Origin: Octopus sinensis
Taxonomy: Eukaryota
DNA: 64,000 bases
Assembly: GCF_006345805.1 (NCBI RefSeq)
Contig: NC_042998.1
Coordinates: 110,856,001-110,920,000 of the forward strand
Direction of reading: 5' to 3'
In this document: positions 28,603 to 42,451 of the stretch, in pieces
How the letters are laid out: the number at the start of each line of letters is the position of its first letter
Numbering within the stretch: the first letter of the stretch is position 1
The notes under the pieces: generated by a model
Database searches by the model: none
What the model saw: only the letters and a program-made list of their open reading frames with translations
What the model was told of the DNA's origin: nothing
Made by a program: the position numbers and the translations under genes

Positions 28603-29779
28603 CTGTACTCACTACTATAATATAAATGTGCCAATAAGTTTCTGACTTAAGTGGAACTCATACCAAGTGAAATACTTTTAGAACCCCATAAGTTGGCTAC
28701 CCTTAATTAGATGGTTTTGCTCTTTTATACAGAAATATCGGGTTATCTGCTAACTGTTGAGAGTAAATAGCTCCCTGTCGAAACCGTTACATATCACACG
28801 CTCGATACACCACACGTATCTTCTCACATCCCTTCTGTATGTATGACACGTAGATCCGTCTGCCAATGTGTACATCGCTACCGTTACGTATGATACGTGG
28901 ATCTTTCAGTTGGGCAAGCGATAATTAATTGTATTGAAACACATACATTAAGTAAGGAAATTTTAAAAAGTAAAATTAAATAAACAAATATCCCTGTTCG
29001 TTGCCCAACCCTCAAAAAGGCTAATCCGAGTTATTTACCAACTGAGAATATTTTCATTTCTTTTCATTTCACTTCTCTTCAGCGATATATCTGTTTGTAC
29101 ATCATTTGATATATCTCTCTGTTTGCATAACATTTTATTTATCGGTAAGCTCACCTATCTATGTACCGGCATGTGAGTCTGCCTGTCTGTTTTCTGTCTG
29201 TGTGTTTGTCTGTCTGTGAGTTTGTCAGTCTGAGTAACTATCATATCTACTTCCACTTCTGTTGATGTGTGTATCTGTTTATTTCATAACACCGACAAGC
29301 ATTTAAACCTAATAACAAACGAAAACTGAATAACTGCGTTGCCCCAGCATGGTCACAAGTTCTGATCTGGAACATGTAACAGTTATTTTAGGGCATGAAA
29401 TAGTAGAACTTTATGTCAGTGTTTCATTATGTCGAATATCTCGATTGTGCCTATGTTTTTAACACACAAATGCAGCATAATAGAGACCTTCTCCATTCCC
29501 TCTCTCTCTTATTTCCTTCTGTATTTCTTCACTGATTCAACTGTTCACGGTTTGTTTCTTTGTCTCACTTTCTCCGTCCCCCTCTCTCTGTGTATATATA
29601 TTTCTACATTCCGATTATAATCTCCTTTCATGATGTAGGCATAACTCATAGGCGAAGCTCACGGATGAAACAGGGAGGAACGTAGAAAGAAGCAGCATAA
29701 TATCATAGTAATAAAATTAGTAACTCTGTATTTGCATGAGGTGATATCATTGCAATTACCATAATAGCCAAATTATTTA

Positions 29780-31680
29780 GGCTCTACTGAAAAACATCTG
29801 AGTAAGCGTAAAGTTAAAAATAAAAATAGTTTGCGCCAGAATATTTTGTGGTTCAACCCCACCTTTAGTCTAAATGCGGCTTTAATGTGTCTGGAAAAGT
29901 TTTTCAAGTTTTTGATAAACACGTTTTTAAACCTAGCCCACATAATAAAATTTTCAGTAGACACACGGTTCAACAGGCATACACTAACATACCTAATATT
30001 GTTGAGTACATAGCAAGATTTAACTGTAGTAAATTAAACTGGGCAGCTTATATATTGACTAAAATTAACTTTCCATTTAATACTGCATCTTCTAGGCACC
30101 CAAATAATAGCCACACAATATATGTGAATTTAACAAGCTAGTGATGTACCCGATTCCAATATGAGTTCTATTAATATTAGTGAAGCTGAACGTATCATCC
30201 CCACCAATATTCACGCTAACTTTGTTCTATGTAATTTCTGTAATTAATTACTGTGCCCAATATTATCTAATGCCTCAGGAAAAGTATACTGTATAAGCCC
30301 ACTTTTTTATAGTCTATGTAAACGACATATCAAGTGTCATCAAACACAGCAGAATAAAAATATAAGTAGATGACTTCAAGCTTCAGAAAATCATCGTAGA
30401 AGACCGAACTGAATCAAGTCTACTCTACAGGCTGTAAGCCAATGGGCGGGCAAAAACAACATACGGTTAAATAAGAGAAAATTTGATCACATGCACTTTG
30501 GTAAAAAGACTGCGCTCAAACAACCATACTCTTTTCCTTCAGGAATTCAGTATCAGTTACATAGGAGAGATTGTTGACAACAATCTCAGCTGGATTGCCC
30601 ACATCAAGAATAAAGTGGAAATGGCTCACAAGTTGAATCCTGGATCCTCAGACTTTTTGGGTCCAGAAAGCAAGATGTCATCATTCCCCTTCTCTTTCCT
30701 TTGTATGGCCACTCCTACAATACTGCTACCCACATCCACCCTCGACACCAAATAAAACATTACGAGAATTGAATAACTCCAGAGATCATTCACTAAAAAG
30801 TAAAAGGCATGACTGATCTTAATTATTGGGGCTGCCTTAAAACATTTAATCTTTATTCTCAAGTGTCATCGTTAGCGTTACATCATTTACACTATGTGGA
30901 GAATATATCAAAAGCAGGCATTGCCCAAATGCTCATGACATCAGACTAAGAATTTATGCAAAGCTAGGACCACGTGATACACGCCACCTTCACGTTTCAG
31001 GCTCCCAGCACATAAATTCAATACAACAGAATGTCTTTTCTTCGTCAGGCACTTCTCTATTTAACATTATCCCCAAAACAAATAAATGAAGAAAACGATC
31101 GCGTCACCTTCAAATGAAACGTGGACAAAGTTCGTCAAGCGAATACAAACAAGCAACCAATGCGTTGATATATCTCAGTCGACAACTCCCTACTGCAATG
31201 GGCCATGATACCACAAAACCGCTCTTAAAAACGACTTAACAGATCTTATCAGGTGGTGTTATTGAGTTGGAAAGTTCTGGATCAGTTTTGGTCGAAATAT
31301 ATCTGCGTTATCTAAGTGCTCTTCACTGATCGCAGTAATGATCACACTTATATTAGTGCGTCCTCTTCTTCATTCAAGCTTCACTGGAGTAATTACAAAT
31401 CTATATTTAGGCATAACGAAAAGGATAATAGTACATCTGTAGCTAAATATGTACATTTTCTGAATGAGAATGTTATTGAATTTAAAATTGCTTGGTCTAT
31501 TATATGTGCCGTATAAAGGTGGCGGTGGCTGATGTAGGATCTGCATACTTGAAACATTCCATATTAATAGAATTAAATGGAATATTATTAATCCACGTGA
31601 TGAATTGATTGTAAGACACTAGCATCTTAAAAATAAATCATTCGTGCATCTCAACTATATTGAACCTTACATAAAACTAT
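29780..31680 (+). mobile_element. Degenerate YRDD-group Penelope-like element (thumb/linker and GIY-YIG), split by an insertion
   Basis: ILWFNPTFS, HNKIFSRHT...YTNIPN, KSILYK|C...HTYISA, FRHNEKDNSTSVAKYV, FKIAWSII and CRICILE; parallels the 54.7-59.9 kb element. Confidence 0.7.
30298..31316 (+). mobile_element. CR1/L2-like LINE 3' fragment inserted into the PLE endonuclease
   Basis: GEIVDNNLSWIAHI, QRSFTKK and KGMTDLNYWGCLKTFNLYS are typical post-RT motifs of CR1-group LINEs; TAAG at both edges. Confidence 0.6.
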
Positions 31681-32550
31681 TATATCTGCACTAATAAATT
31701 TTATGACCTACATCAATGCTATTGGATAATTCCCTAATTTGTTTAACCATCATTTTGACCTATCTTAGTGTTAAATAATGTATTACGCTATATTCAGGTA
31801 TTCTACTATTAGTAAGAAGAGAATATTTATTACCATTAACACCAGGACATTAATACAAATCGTTCATATATGCTAGCTAATCCACTACTCTGCTTAACCA
31901 TAATTTGTCTTTACCTTTGTAACAGAAAATGTATTAAACTGTATTCAGGTATTTTGCATACCTAGATTAGTACGATTGAATAATACCTTACCTTGTTAAA
32001 AATAATCTAGTTTCAGCTCAGTGATAGATAAAGTAGTGGATAATATTCAACAATTTTGCTATCTGTAAAAAGGATTTTCTCTTATAGATACAAGCATCTT
32101 AAATATAAACAGTTCTTATAAGATAACTATACCTATTCTTACAATGAATTGTTGCCTACACTAAAAACTTTTAACTTGTATCAATACTAATTAATAATTA
32201 CCTATTTCGGTTATCTATATTTTGATCTCCACTTAATAATAGACCATATTCAGATATTCTGCTATTTGTAAGATACTTTCTTCCCGTTGATGTGTAAAAT
32301 TCTAGTCTATTATATTTAATGCCTGGACCATATTTTACATATTAGAATCGTTATCCGATAATAAACGCACGATTCTATAATTCTACATTTAGAAACCTCT
32401 GCATGTTCCTGTTTAGATATCGTTTCCCTTTTCTTATTATGTAAAATTCAATAAATTTACTCTTGCAAACCTCTCTTGTAGATACAGTTTAATTGAAAAT
32501 TTACTTTATAGTATTATAGATTAAATAAGTGTTTATATTCATATGTTTCT

Positions 32551-32850
32551 ATTGGGTCATCCCATGAATTATGAATTATGAGGGTGTTTTATAGTTCTTT
32601 TATTTTTCAAAATCAAGATCAACAAATTTCTTTTTTAATCTAAAATGTACTCTCCTTCATTTTCTACAATACTCTTCCATCTATCTGATAGAATTGCAAG
32701 GCCCCTCTTCCAAAATTCAATTGTCAGTGAGGAAAAATACTCCCCCATTACTGTTCTGACTTCGTCTACAATATTCACAATTTTTCCGTTCAAATAATCT
32801 TGAAAACTGCGGAATAAATGATAATCAGATGGGGCAATATCCGGAAGAAT
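32551..32850 (-). mobile_element. Mariner transposase C-terminal fragment with terminus
   Basis: PDIAPSDYHLFRS...FWKRGL..L.DRWKSIVENEGEYILD (YSPDLAPSD catalytic motif). Confidence 0.9.
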
Positions 32851-33565
32851 AACATTTCCACCATCCATACAGTTTAAAGAGAGGGATTGCTTAGTGCCTA
32901 AGACATCGAGCAAAGATTATAAGTAGCGATCCTGATACAAACCAAGAAGAAATGATCAAGCCAAGTAACAATCTTTTAAGCAACAACTACATCCAAAACA
33001 TACTATCCAATCCAATTGTGAAGAGAAGAGAGAATGAAACCCATAAACTGACCACAGTCTGTCTACACTATGTGAAAGGCCTATCGGAAAAGTTACAAAA
33101 TATATGCAGCCCATATGACATCAAGACAGTATTCAAGATTTAAACAACACTTCGCAAATATCTCCTTCGAGTAAAACCACAAATAGAAGAGAATATGACC
33201 AAAGACTGCGTGTACTCCATCCCATGCAGCTGTGGTAGGTTATACAAAGGCGAAACATGCCCCCTCAAAATAAGGACAGAGGAACATCACAAAGCTGTGA
33301 CACGAGGAGATATTGATAAATCGGGTATAGCTGATCATGTATGAAAGAACGGAGACCACTTCCCCCTGTGGGATGAAGTTAAAATAATAGACAGAGAACA
33401 CCACGGGAACATAAGAAAACTAAAAGAGGCAGCACATATTCTAGGACATAATAACCTTCTAAGCAGAGCTAGTGCAGATATGAATAACATATGGGAACTG
33501 GTATTAAGGAAGGATAGGAAAATATTAGATTTATAAGCCCTAAAATTCACTCCATAATCCCCCAC

Positions 33566-33639
33566 GGGCACATGACGTAGTGGTTAAGAGCGCGGGCTAC
33601 TAAACACAAGATTCTGATTTCGATTCCAAGCAGTGACCT
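33566..33639 (+). other. tRNA-Thr(AGT)-like pseudo-tRNA / Pol III head
   Basis: gggcacatgacgtagtggttaagagcgc...ctactaaacacaagattctgatttcgattccaagcagtgacct aligns by eye with metazoan tRNA-Thr(AGT) (tggttaaagcgcc..ctagtaaacaggagatcctgggttcgaatcccagcggtgcct). A and B boxes are recognisable; stems are decayed. Confidence 0.6.
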
Positions 33640-33680
33640 GAATAATAATAAAAACAACAATAATAATAATAATAATAAGG

Positions 33681-33726
33681 AGAACCTGATGAAGGCTGCA
33701 GATGTCATCAGCCGAAACGTTGTGTT
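33681..33726 (+). ncRNA. Minimal PLE-type hammerhead ribozyme (stem I degenerate)
   Basis: CUGAUGA-A-GGCUG(cagaugucau)CAGCC-GAAAC-GUU with palindromic AACGUU stem III. Confidence 0.6.
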
Positions 33727-33974
33727 AAACAAGATGAGGTCAAATATCCGTCAAATGTAAATAATGTAAATAATCCTAAGCATGATTCAAAATTGATTGC
33801 GAATATTCGCAGTCGCAAGACTTTTCTAAATTATCAGATCTTTTATCAAACTAGTTACAATGGTAGAATATAAATGCATTATCACTAATTTTCTAATTAT
33901 ACATTCTGAACTTAGAATTATAATAGCATTTCTGTCCAGGAGCGGAGCTAGCTATTTTATCTGATATGTAAATT

Positions 33975-34065
33975 GATTTCAAATTTTAGCTCAAGGCCAT
34001 GAATTTCAGGCAAGGGGCTAAAATTCGATTTCATTAACCTCAATACACAGCTGGTACATATTTTA
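33975..34065 (-). mobile_element. MetaSINE-like SINE 3' fragment
   Basis: Reverse complement resembles the tail at 4860-4935 (gtaccag...ggccttgagctaaaatttgaaat). Confidence 0.45.
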
Positions 34066-36895
34066 AATAGATTAAGTTAAAATATATTCTATTTTTACGA
34101 TGATTGTGTTAAATCATGTGATTTAAATCAAAGAATTACTCATAATATTATACTGTGTATTATTTCGATATTGAATAGTTCTTTTCTATGAATCTTGACA
34201 TTTAAAATTAAAGCTACATTGTAAAACTGTAATTCACAAATCTTCATTCTGATTGCACAACCTCTGACGAAAATCAATGGTTCTTCGTTCATTTAATAAC
34301 CTTCATCAATAGTTCAATAATTAATATTCATTGTACGCGTAAATCAAAAAGTGGTTTGATTATCGCATTGTGTCTAATGCATTTGATAATAATTGTATTT
34401 TACAAGTGACCTGTTAGTATAGTAGACATATGCATAGAAATTCAGCTTAATTCAGCTCTTCCACCGCCCCATAAATATACTTCCATTAAACAATTTTATA
34501 AAATAAAAGTTTGTATCATAATATATTTTCTGTTTCTCATATTATTTCTTTGATTTGAGAATATAGGTTTCTTTACAAGATATAAACGCCAGTGCAGATT
34601 ATGTGCGATCTTACATCTCATCGAACGTTTAATTTACGAAGATAATCCTAGCCACAAAAATGCTAACAATCATCAAAACTGTATCACCATTGCTTAGCTT
34701 GCACTTCAGGGTAGGGAATTATTTCAACTCTTATGAGTTGTTGGCCTTCAGCTAAACACAAAAGAGATTCATTTTAAAATTTTGTGTGTATATCGGGTAT
34801 GGTGGTGCTTAACTGAGTAACTAACTACCACTGTCCAGTTTATGAAAATTATTACCCGTCTCGTGCTCTGTTTTCACACTTGTTATTTCCCTCATTTGAG
34901 CCAGTCATATCTACTCTTGTCCCTGTCCCTGCTGTCATCCTTATTATGACTAATGTTTACATTTCACATTTTCTCCGTTACACAAACAAATCTTCTCGTG
35001 AGGAACTTAGACGTTTAAAATTATGTCCTTGTCATGTGCTATCGATAATGTGTAAATTAACCTAATCGATATCACAATTATTTGTAATGTGAAATATTGT
35101 AGATGATTCTTCTTCCATAATTAACTAATAAAAAATCAAGCTCTAAGGCAAAATTAATCACATGAAAATTACGAAGAATATTGTAGCAAAACCATGTGTT
35201 GCAGAACTATACGAAATTAACCAAGTCATATACACATTCCGGGGTAGATTAATGAGACTGTATATAAAGTTCGTTCTCTGAGGGTGGGATGAATGCATAA
35301 ACAAAGAGAAAAATAAGATTGAAATTTGAAATGTCACTATTGAGGCAGTTCTCTCACACATATTTAATCTTACAATCAGAAACTATGGGATGATGATTAA
35401 AGAATAATTACTGGCAAATATTTATTAATAAACAATTATTTAGGAATAACTAAGAGCGAATAATTAATCAAACAGTGTATTTTGTTGAATCACTAACGAT
35501 TGAGCAAGAGAATGCCAAGCTGTAAACAGCATCAGCTAAGTTGAAACGAAACAATTAGGTGATTAATCACAAAATTGAAAAATACTTTCGCACAATTAGG
35601 TTCTGTCAAAATAGCCTTCAGAAAATTAAGTTTCATTATTAAATTTCTTTGTTTCTCACGCCATTTATGATTTACAAATAACAAAAACAATATTTTTCTC
35701 GCAAAATCTAAGAAATATTCTTATCAATTATTGTTCTCTTTTAGATTCACTCTCACAATTACTTTTCAACTATTGTTTAGTATTTTGCATATTCGACTAC
35801 TACTTTTCTTTCTTTATTTCTTTTTTCTTCATCATTACCATCATCGATGTCGTCGTCGTCGTCATCATCATCATCATCATTATCATCATCATCCTTTTAT
35901 TTTCTTTTTCTTCTGCTTAATAATTTTCTTCTGTTTCAGTTTCGTGCTTCTCATTCTTGTATTCTTTTTCACTTCAGCTTTTCTACTTATTGTTTATTTC
36001 TTTTCTTCTTCGTATCTTTCATAGTATTCTTTTTCGTTTTCTTCTTTTCTATTCTGCTTTAATTCTTGTTCTTCATATTCGTTTTTGTTCATTCTTTGCT
36101 CTTCATCATCGTTTCCGTGCACTTCATTCTCTTATCATTTCTCCGGTCTCCTTTTTTCCTAATTAGATATTCAAATATATCTATATTAATATTTTTTCTT
36201 ATTTCATTTTTAATTTGTTTCAATGTCAGTTGACCATAACCAATTACTGGTTCTGATTTTAATAAAAGAGAGAAGGAACGCTGATCCTCCTGTTTTACAA
36301 TATGGGATGCTGCGGCAATAAATATCGTATGCGAAAGAAATAATGATTTATATAACCGAATTATATTTTTTCACTAATTATATTGCTACTGGTGGCACAT
36401 AACCAATACCATGTCAGGTAGTAGGTGACGAGGTCGTCAAACATTACTAAGTTTGTAGGGTAACATGTGAGAGACTCATCGGAATTAAAAATAAATGCCC
36501 ACAGAGATCAGCCATTGAGATCGCCAAGAGATGGACATCACCATGGCATCTGTGTGTTTAGGATGCAGTGATGGTAGTGAATAATGAGTTTCTTGTAGAA
36601 TTATGGATTTGGTTGAATGGTTGATTTTCTTGTTTATTCCGAAGTGAAAACTTCTTGAAATGAACCTACATTGCCATCATCCGGCCTGTTATATGCGTAT
36701 GACAGTATTGGATTATGTATTATTTGTTTTCGAAAATACAAGGTTTGGTTTGTAGGAACTCGGATTCTATTTATACAAACTACCTTATTACGCGAAGGCT
36801 TCCAAGTTACCTGTGGTTCTTTCGTTCCAGCCTGTTGCACTTAGTTTGGTCAGAAACATCACGAGCGTAACTATAGACATTTTTCATGTCTATAG

Positions 36896-36991
36896 GCCTC
36901 GAAGGAACTTCAACTCAGAACGTAAAGATGGACGAACGTCCACTAAGAATTTTGCCCGGTGTGCCAAACGTTCTGCCAGGTCACCGCCTTC
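36896..36991 (-). mobile_element. MetaSINE-like SINE head
   Basis: Minus strand aaggcggtgacctggcagaacg...ctttacgttctgagttgaagttcc; same family as 4748-5092. Confidence 0.65.
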
Positions 36992-38102
36992 ACATAGAAA
37001 GGCTATATATACAACGTATAGAATGTGGTAGAGGCCTTATACAGCTGGAAAACTATTATAAGACAAGCACCATAGGATTGCAAATATACCTACTTCAGAG
37101 GCAAGGAAAACTGATACATATAGCCACAAAACACGAGTCATACTACCGACCAAATATGAAGAAAAAGAAGAAACAACAAAAGCTGGAAAACAAATGAAAT
37201 CCAAACTAAAACTAGAACAGCAACGGACCATGATAAATCGATGGCAAAAAAGCCTCTTCATGGCAAATACTGGGCTAAACTAAATGCAAAAGAAATAGAT
37301 AGAGAAAAATCCCAGCAATGATTGAGAAGCGCAGGACTCAAAGCAGAGACTTAAGGGCTTTTAATTGCAGCACAAGACCAAAGCCTCCCTACAAGAAATT
37401 ACTAAAAACATATAATGTAAGGCAATATAACAAGTAACAGCAGAATATGTGGAAATCGACAAGAAACAATAAGTCATATTATCTCTGACAGCCCAGTCCT
37501 GGTTAAGAAGGAATATATTCACAGACATGACTGAGTTGAGACCTACATACACTGGAAGATATCCCAACACTATGGGATAACAACAGAAAAAAGATGGTAT
37601 AGCCACACACCAGTAAAGGTCACAGAAAATGAGAAAGCAACCATACTCTGGGATATGCCAATACACACATATAAAGAAATTAAGGCCAACATACCAGATA
37701 TAGTTGTCAGAGATCATGAAGAAAAAATGCTTTCTATTTGATGTATCAACACCAGCAGATGACAACGTTTCTCTAAAAGAAATGGAGAAACTTTCAACCT
37801 ACAAAAACCTGGAAATTGAGGTAACTCGAATGTAGAATCTAAAAACAGAAACAATTTTTATCATAGTAGACGCAGAAAGTATGATGAAAAAATATTCAGA
37901 CAAATACATAACAAAAACACCAGGATTACAAATATATAAAACATACAGAAACTTGCACTACTGGGCTCTGCACACATACTATGCAAAACACTCTCAGTGC
38001 ATTAACCATAAGAGCATCACAGCAAACCACAGCACGTACCCAAAGCACACAGAGCTGCGCTCGGTAGTGAAGTGAAAGCATGGTATAAAAATAAAACTAC
38101 TG
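36992..38102 (+). mobile_element. R4/Dong-like LINE family A, older truncated copy
   Basis: Homologous to ~41150-42328 (IERLYIQRIE.GRGLIQLE, RHD, PDIVV), with many stops; ends aaaactactg followed by (AAT)n. Confidence 0.88.
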
Positions 38103-38412
<310 letters not shown>

Positions 38413-38886
38413 GTCTTGGTATAAAAGATGGGCTACAGCAAATATTCTGCTCAATACCACAGATTTGCTTGTCAGTTGTTTGACCTTAACCAGTTGAGCA
38501 TGTCCCTTAGTGGCTGACGATATGTGCATCTCTGATCACGAGCAGAAGTAGTGGGGGAGCATCATAGCCATGTGTTGAGAGGGATTCTTTGGGGTTTGAA
38601 TAGTTCACCTCTGGAAACGTGGGTGGTTCTTTCAACATCCTTAAACAACCCTTATTCAGGACCGTTTGAGCGGGATGGGCTACTCAACCTGAAGAAAATT
38701 CTAACTGGGCCCCACCTGCAAGGTCATGTGCTGTTTATCTTGATATGAGATCACCATGTCGCGCACATATGGTTGTGATGCATGTGCCTGGTGTACCCTT
38801 ATCAGACGGGTAGTCATGATGGGTATATTGGGCTTCGTATATTTTACCCCAGTGTCACTTTGATGGCATGAACTGCTCTCTCACTC
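38413..38886 (+). mobile_element. Family C repeat in (TAA)n
   Basis: Matches 42532-43006; TAA repeats on both sides. Confidence 0.85.
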
Positions 38887-38926
38887 AATAATAATAATAA
38901 TAATAATAGTAATAATAATAATAATA

Positions 38927-39648
38927 CAAAATGAAACCATTGATCATGTGGTCTCCAAGTGCAGTCTTCTAGCGCCTACAGAGTATCTCAACAGGCACGA
39001 TAGAGCTGCACAATATATTCACTGAGTAATCTGTAAAAACCTGGATTTGCCCCATGAAAAAAACTGGTGGGAACACAAACCACCCCCAGTGCTTGAAAAT
39101 GACCACATCTCACTCCTCTGGAACTTCACCATTCAAACTGACAGAAAGATAGATGCAAATAGGCCAGACATCATATTGAAAGACTTCAAACAAAGAACAT
39201 GCCTCCTCATTGATATGACTGTCCCAATCGATATAAACGTATCTGTCAAGACCTACCAAAAACTGAGCAAATATAAAGATCTTGAAATAGAAATCAGCAA
39301 AATGTGGAAGCTGAAGACTAAAACAATACCTGTTGTCATAGGTGCCCTGGGAATGATAGCAATAGGGGCTGATAGCTACCTAACTCAGATACCAGGAAAC
39401 CCCAAAATGGCAGAAATTCAAAAGATAGTGCTCATGGGAACTGCTCATATCCTACGCAAAATACTTTCTATGTAATCTCAAGGTTTAAAAGAAACATTTT
39501 TTTAGACATCCACCAGTACAACACAAAAAACAACCAAATATATGGCACACTAGGCATAACAACAACGTGAACTTCCAGCCTGTTGTCTCTTGAGGTCTCC
39601 GGGTGAGACTTGGAGCCAACTTGTACAAATATAAAGCAAAAGTCAAAC

Positions 39649-39650
<2 letters not shown>
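38927..39650 (+). mobile_element. R4/Dong-like LINE family B 3' end (CCHC remnant, RLE and 3' UTR)
   Basis: HVVSKCS, RHD, LWNF, ANRPDIIL..LLIDMTVP..K..KYKDL, IPVVIGALG and GTAHILRK; TAA-flanked. Confidence 0.92.
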
Positions 39651-39707
<57 letters not shown>

Positions 39708-39726
39708 TAATAATAATAATAATAAT

Positions 39727-42328
39727 TTGAAGAAAACAAAAAGTTCAACTCCAACCCCAGAAAGTTCTACCATGAACTGGGCAAAAATAAAATAGACGTC
39801 ACTGCAGCACCAACGGCAGGAGAATTGGAAGTATTCTGGAGAGAAATATGGTCGGCGAACGAACCACCAAAAAAAAGGAGTATCAAAATAACAAACTCGG
39901 CATCTGAACAACTTTGGACCCCCATAACAACTGAAGAGGTCACCCAGGCACTGCAAAGACTAAGCAACTGGAAGGCACCTGGGCATGACAAGATCCCCAA
40001 CTTCTGGTTGAAATATCTAACAGGAATGCACGAAAAGCTGGCTGAAAACTTTAACAACGTACTAGCAGAGCCAGAGACAATGCCTGAATGGCTCACGAAG
40101 GGGAAAACCATCTTAATTCCCAAATCAAATGAAACAGAAAAACCAGAAAACTACAGACCAATAACCTGCCTCCCTACTATGTTCAAGGCCTTTACTGCAG
40201 TGATATCACAAAGGCTGAACAAGCACCTGGACGAAAACAAACTGTTCCCAGAAGAGCAGAAAGGATGCCGCAAAGGCTCATATGGCTGTAAAGATCAACT
40301 AATGATTAATAAAGCCATAACTGAAGACAGCCACAGAAAGAAGAAAGGCCTCAGTATGGCATGGATTGACTACAAAAAGGCGTTTGATAGCATCCCCCAC
40401 ACATGGATCCTCGAAACACTAGCCATTAACAAAGTAGCACCAACAATCATAAAATTCATAGAGCACTCTATGAATAAATGGCAAACAGTCCTACACCTCC
40501 AAACAAAAGAGGGACTCATGAAAACCAAAGACATCCCCATTAGAAGAGGAATATTCCAGGGAGACATGCTCTCTCCACTCCTTTTCTGCTTGGCACTGTC
40601 ACCTCTATCTGATATGCTAATAGAACTGGATGCGGATATAAATGTTACGGCAAAACGATCAGCCACCTTTTATATATGGATGACCTAAAACTATACGCTG
40701 CAAATGACAAACAGCTGGAAACACTATTAAAGACAGTTCATGGATTTCCCAAAGAAATAGATATGAAATTTGGATTAGAAAAATGCGCCAAAGTAACCAT
40801 GAAAAGAGGAAAACTAGTTACGAGTAACAACATCACACTAGATAAAACCAATGAAATAAAGGAATTAGACCAAAGCCAAACTTACAAATACTTAGGAATC
40901 CATGAACTAGATAAGACACAACACACACAAATGAAAGAGAAAATAAAAAAATAATATTATAGACGAGTTAGATCAATACTAAACACAGAGCTCAATGCTA
41001 AAAACAAGATAATAGGTATCAACACTTTAGCTGTCCCAGTTATAAGTTACAGCTACAATATCCTTAACTGGACACGAAATGAACTGACCAAAATAGATAG
41101 GAAAACAAGATAAATAATGACAAGATCTAGGATGCATCACCCAAAATCTGACATAGAAAGACTATATATACAACGTATAGAAGGTGGTAGAGGCCTTATA
41201 CAGCTGGAAAACTACTATAAAATAACCACCATAGGACTGCAAAAATATCTACTTCAGAAGGAAGGAAAACTGATCCAGATAGCGGCAAAACACGAGCAAA
41301 ACAAAAAACTGTTCTCAGTATTTAAGGAAGCTGACAAATACAAACAAGAAATCATACCACCTAATAAACATGAAGAAGAAGAAGAAGATGGAGAAACAAC
41401 AAAAGCTATAAAACAAATGAAATCCAAACTAAAAATAGAACAGCAACGAACCATGATAAAACGATGGCAAGAAAAGCCCCTTCATGGTAAATACTGGACT
41501 AAACTAAACGCAAAAGAAATAGACAAAGAAAAATCCCAGCAATGGTTGAGAAGCTCAGGACTCAAAGCAGAAACAGAGGGATTTTTAATTGCAGCACAAG
41601 ACCAAAGCCACCCCACCAGAAATTACCAAAAACATGTAATGAAAAGAAATATTACAAGTAACTGCAGAATATGTGGAGATGGATAAGAAACAATAAATCA
41701 TATTATCTCTAGCTGCCCAGTCCTGGCTAAGAAGGAATATATTCACAGACATGACAGAGTTGGAACCTACATACATTGGAAGCTATGCCAACATTATGGA
41801 ATAACAACAGAAAAAAGATGGTATAGGCACACACCAGAAAAGTCACAGAAAACGAGAAAGCAACCATACTCTGGGATATGCCGATACACACAGACAGAGA
41901 AATTAAGGCCAACAGACCAGATATAGTTGTCAGAGACCATGAAGAAAAAAAATGCTTTCTAATTGATGTATCAATACCGGCTGATTACAACGTGTCTCTA
42001 AAAGAAATGGAGAAACTCTCAAAATACAAAGACCTGGAAATAGAGGTAACTAGAAGGTGGAATCTGAAAACAGAAACAATTCCTATCATAGTAGGTGCAA
42101 TAGGCATGATAAAAAAATATTCAGACAAATACATAACAAAAACACCAGGACTTACAAACACATATAACATACAGACAATTGCACTACTAGGCACTGCACA
42201 CATCCTACGCAGAACACTTTCCATACAATAACCATCAGAGCATCACAACAAATCACAGCACATACCCAAGGCACACAGAGCTGCGCTCGGTAGTGAAGTG
42301 AAAGCACGCTATAAAAATAAAACTACTG
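39727..42328 (+). mobile_element. R4/Dong-like LINE family A, 5'-truncated RT, CCHC, RLE and 3' UTR
   Basis: NWKAPGHD, NYRPITCLP, EEQKGCRKG, WIDYKKAFDSIPH, RRGIFQGDMLSPLLF, YMDD, CRICG..ETINHIISSC, RHD and RPDIVV; few stops or frameshifts; TAA-flanked. Confidence 0.95.
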
Positions 42329-42451
42329 AATAATAATAATAATAATAATTATAATAATAATAATAATAATAACAACAACAACGCCAACGACAACGATGAC
42401 GACGACGATGACGATGACGGTGATGATGATGATGATGATGATGATAATAAA

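Larger units (their letters stand above)
32862..33775 (+). mobile_element. Penelope/Poseidon-type PLE 3' part (thumb and GIY-YIG) with a tRNA-like segment and hammerhead at its end
   Basis: HPYSLKRGIA*CLRHRA; LHYVKGLSEKL; DCVYSIPCSCGRLYKGET; RTEEH; SGIADHV; RKLKEAAHI. Confidence 0.85.

Noticed and set aside
33566-33639. Functional tRNA gene
   Set aside because: Acceptor, anticodon and T stems do not pair properly; treated as tRNA-derived only.
36380-36890. Possible Gypsy integrase relic on the minus strand (YAYNRPDDGNVG versus AYHPQ.NG.VE)
   Set aside because: Too degenerate, and no LTRs are visible.
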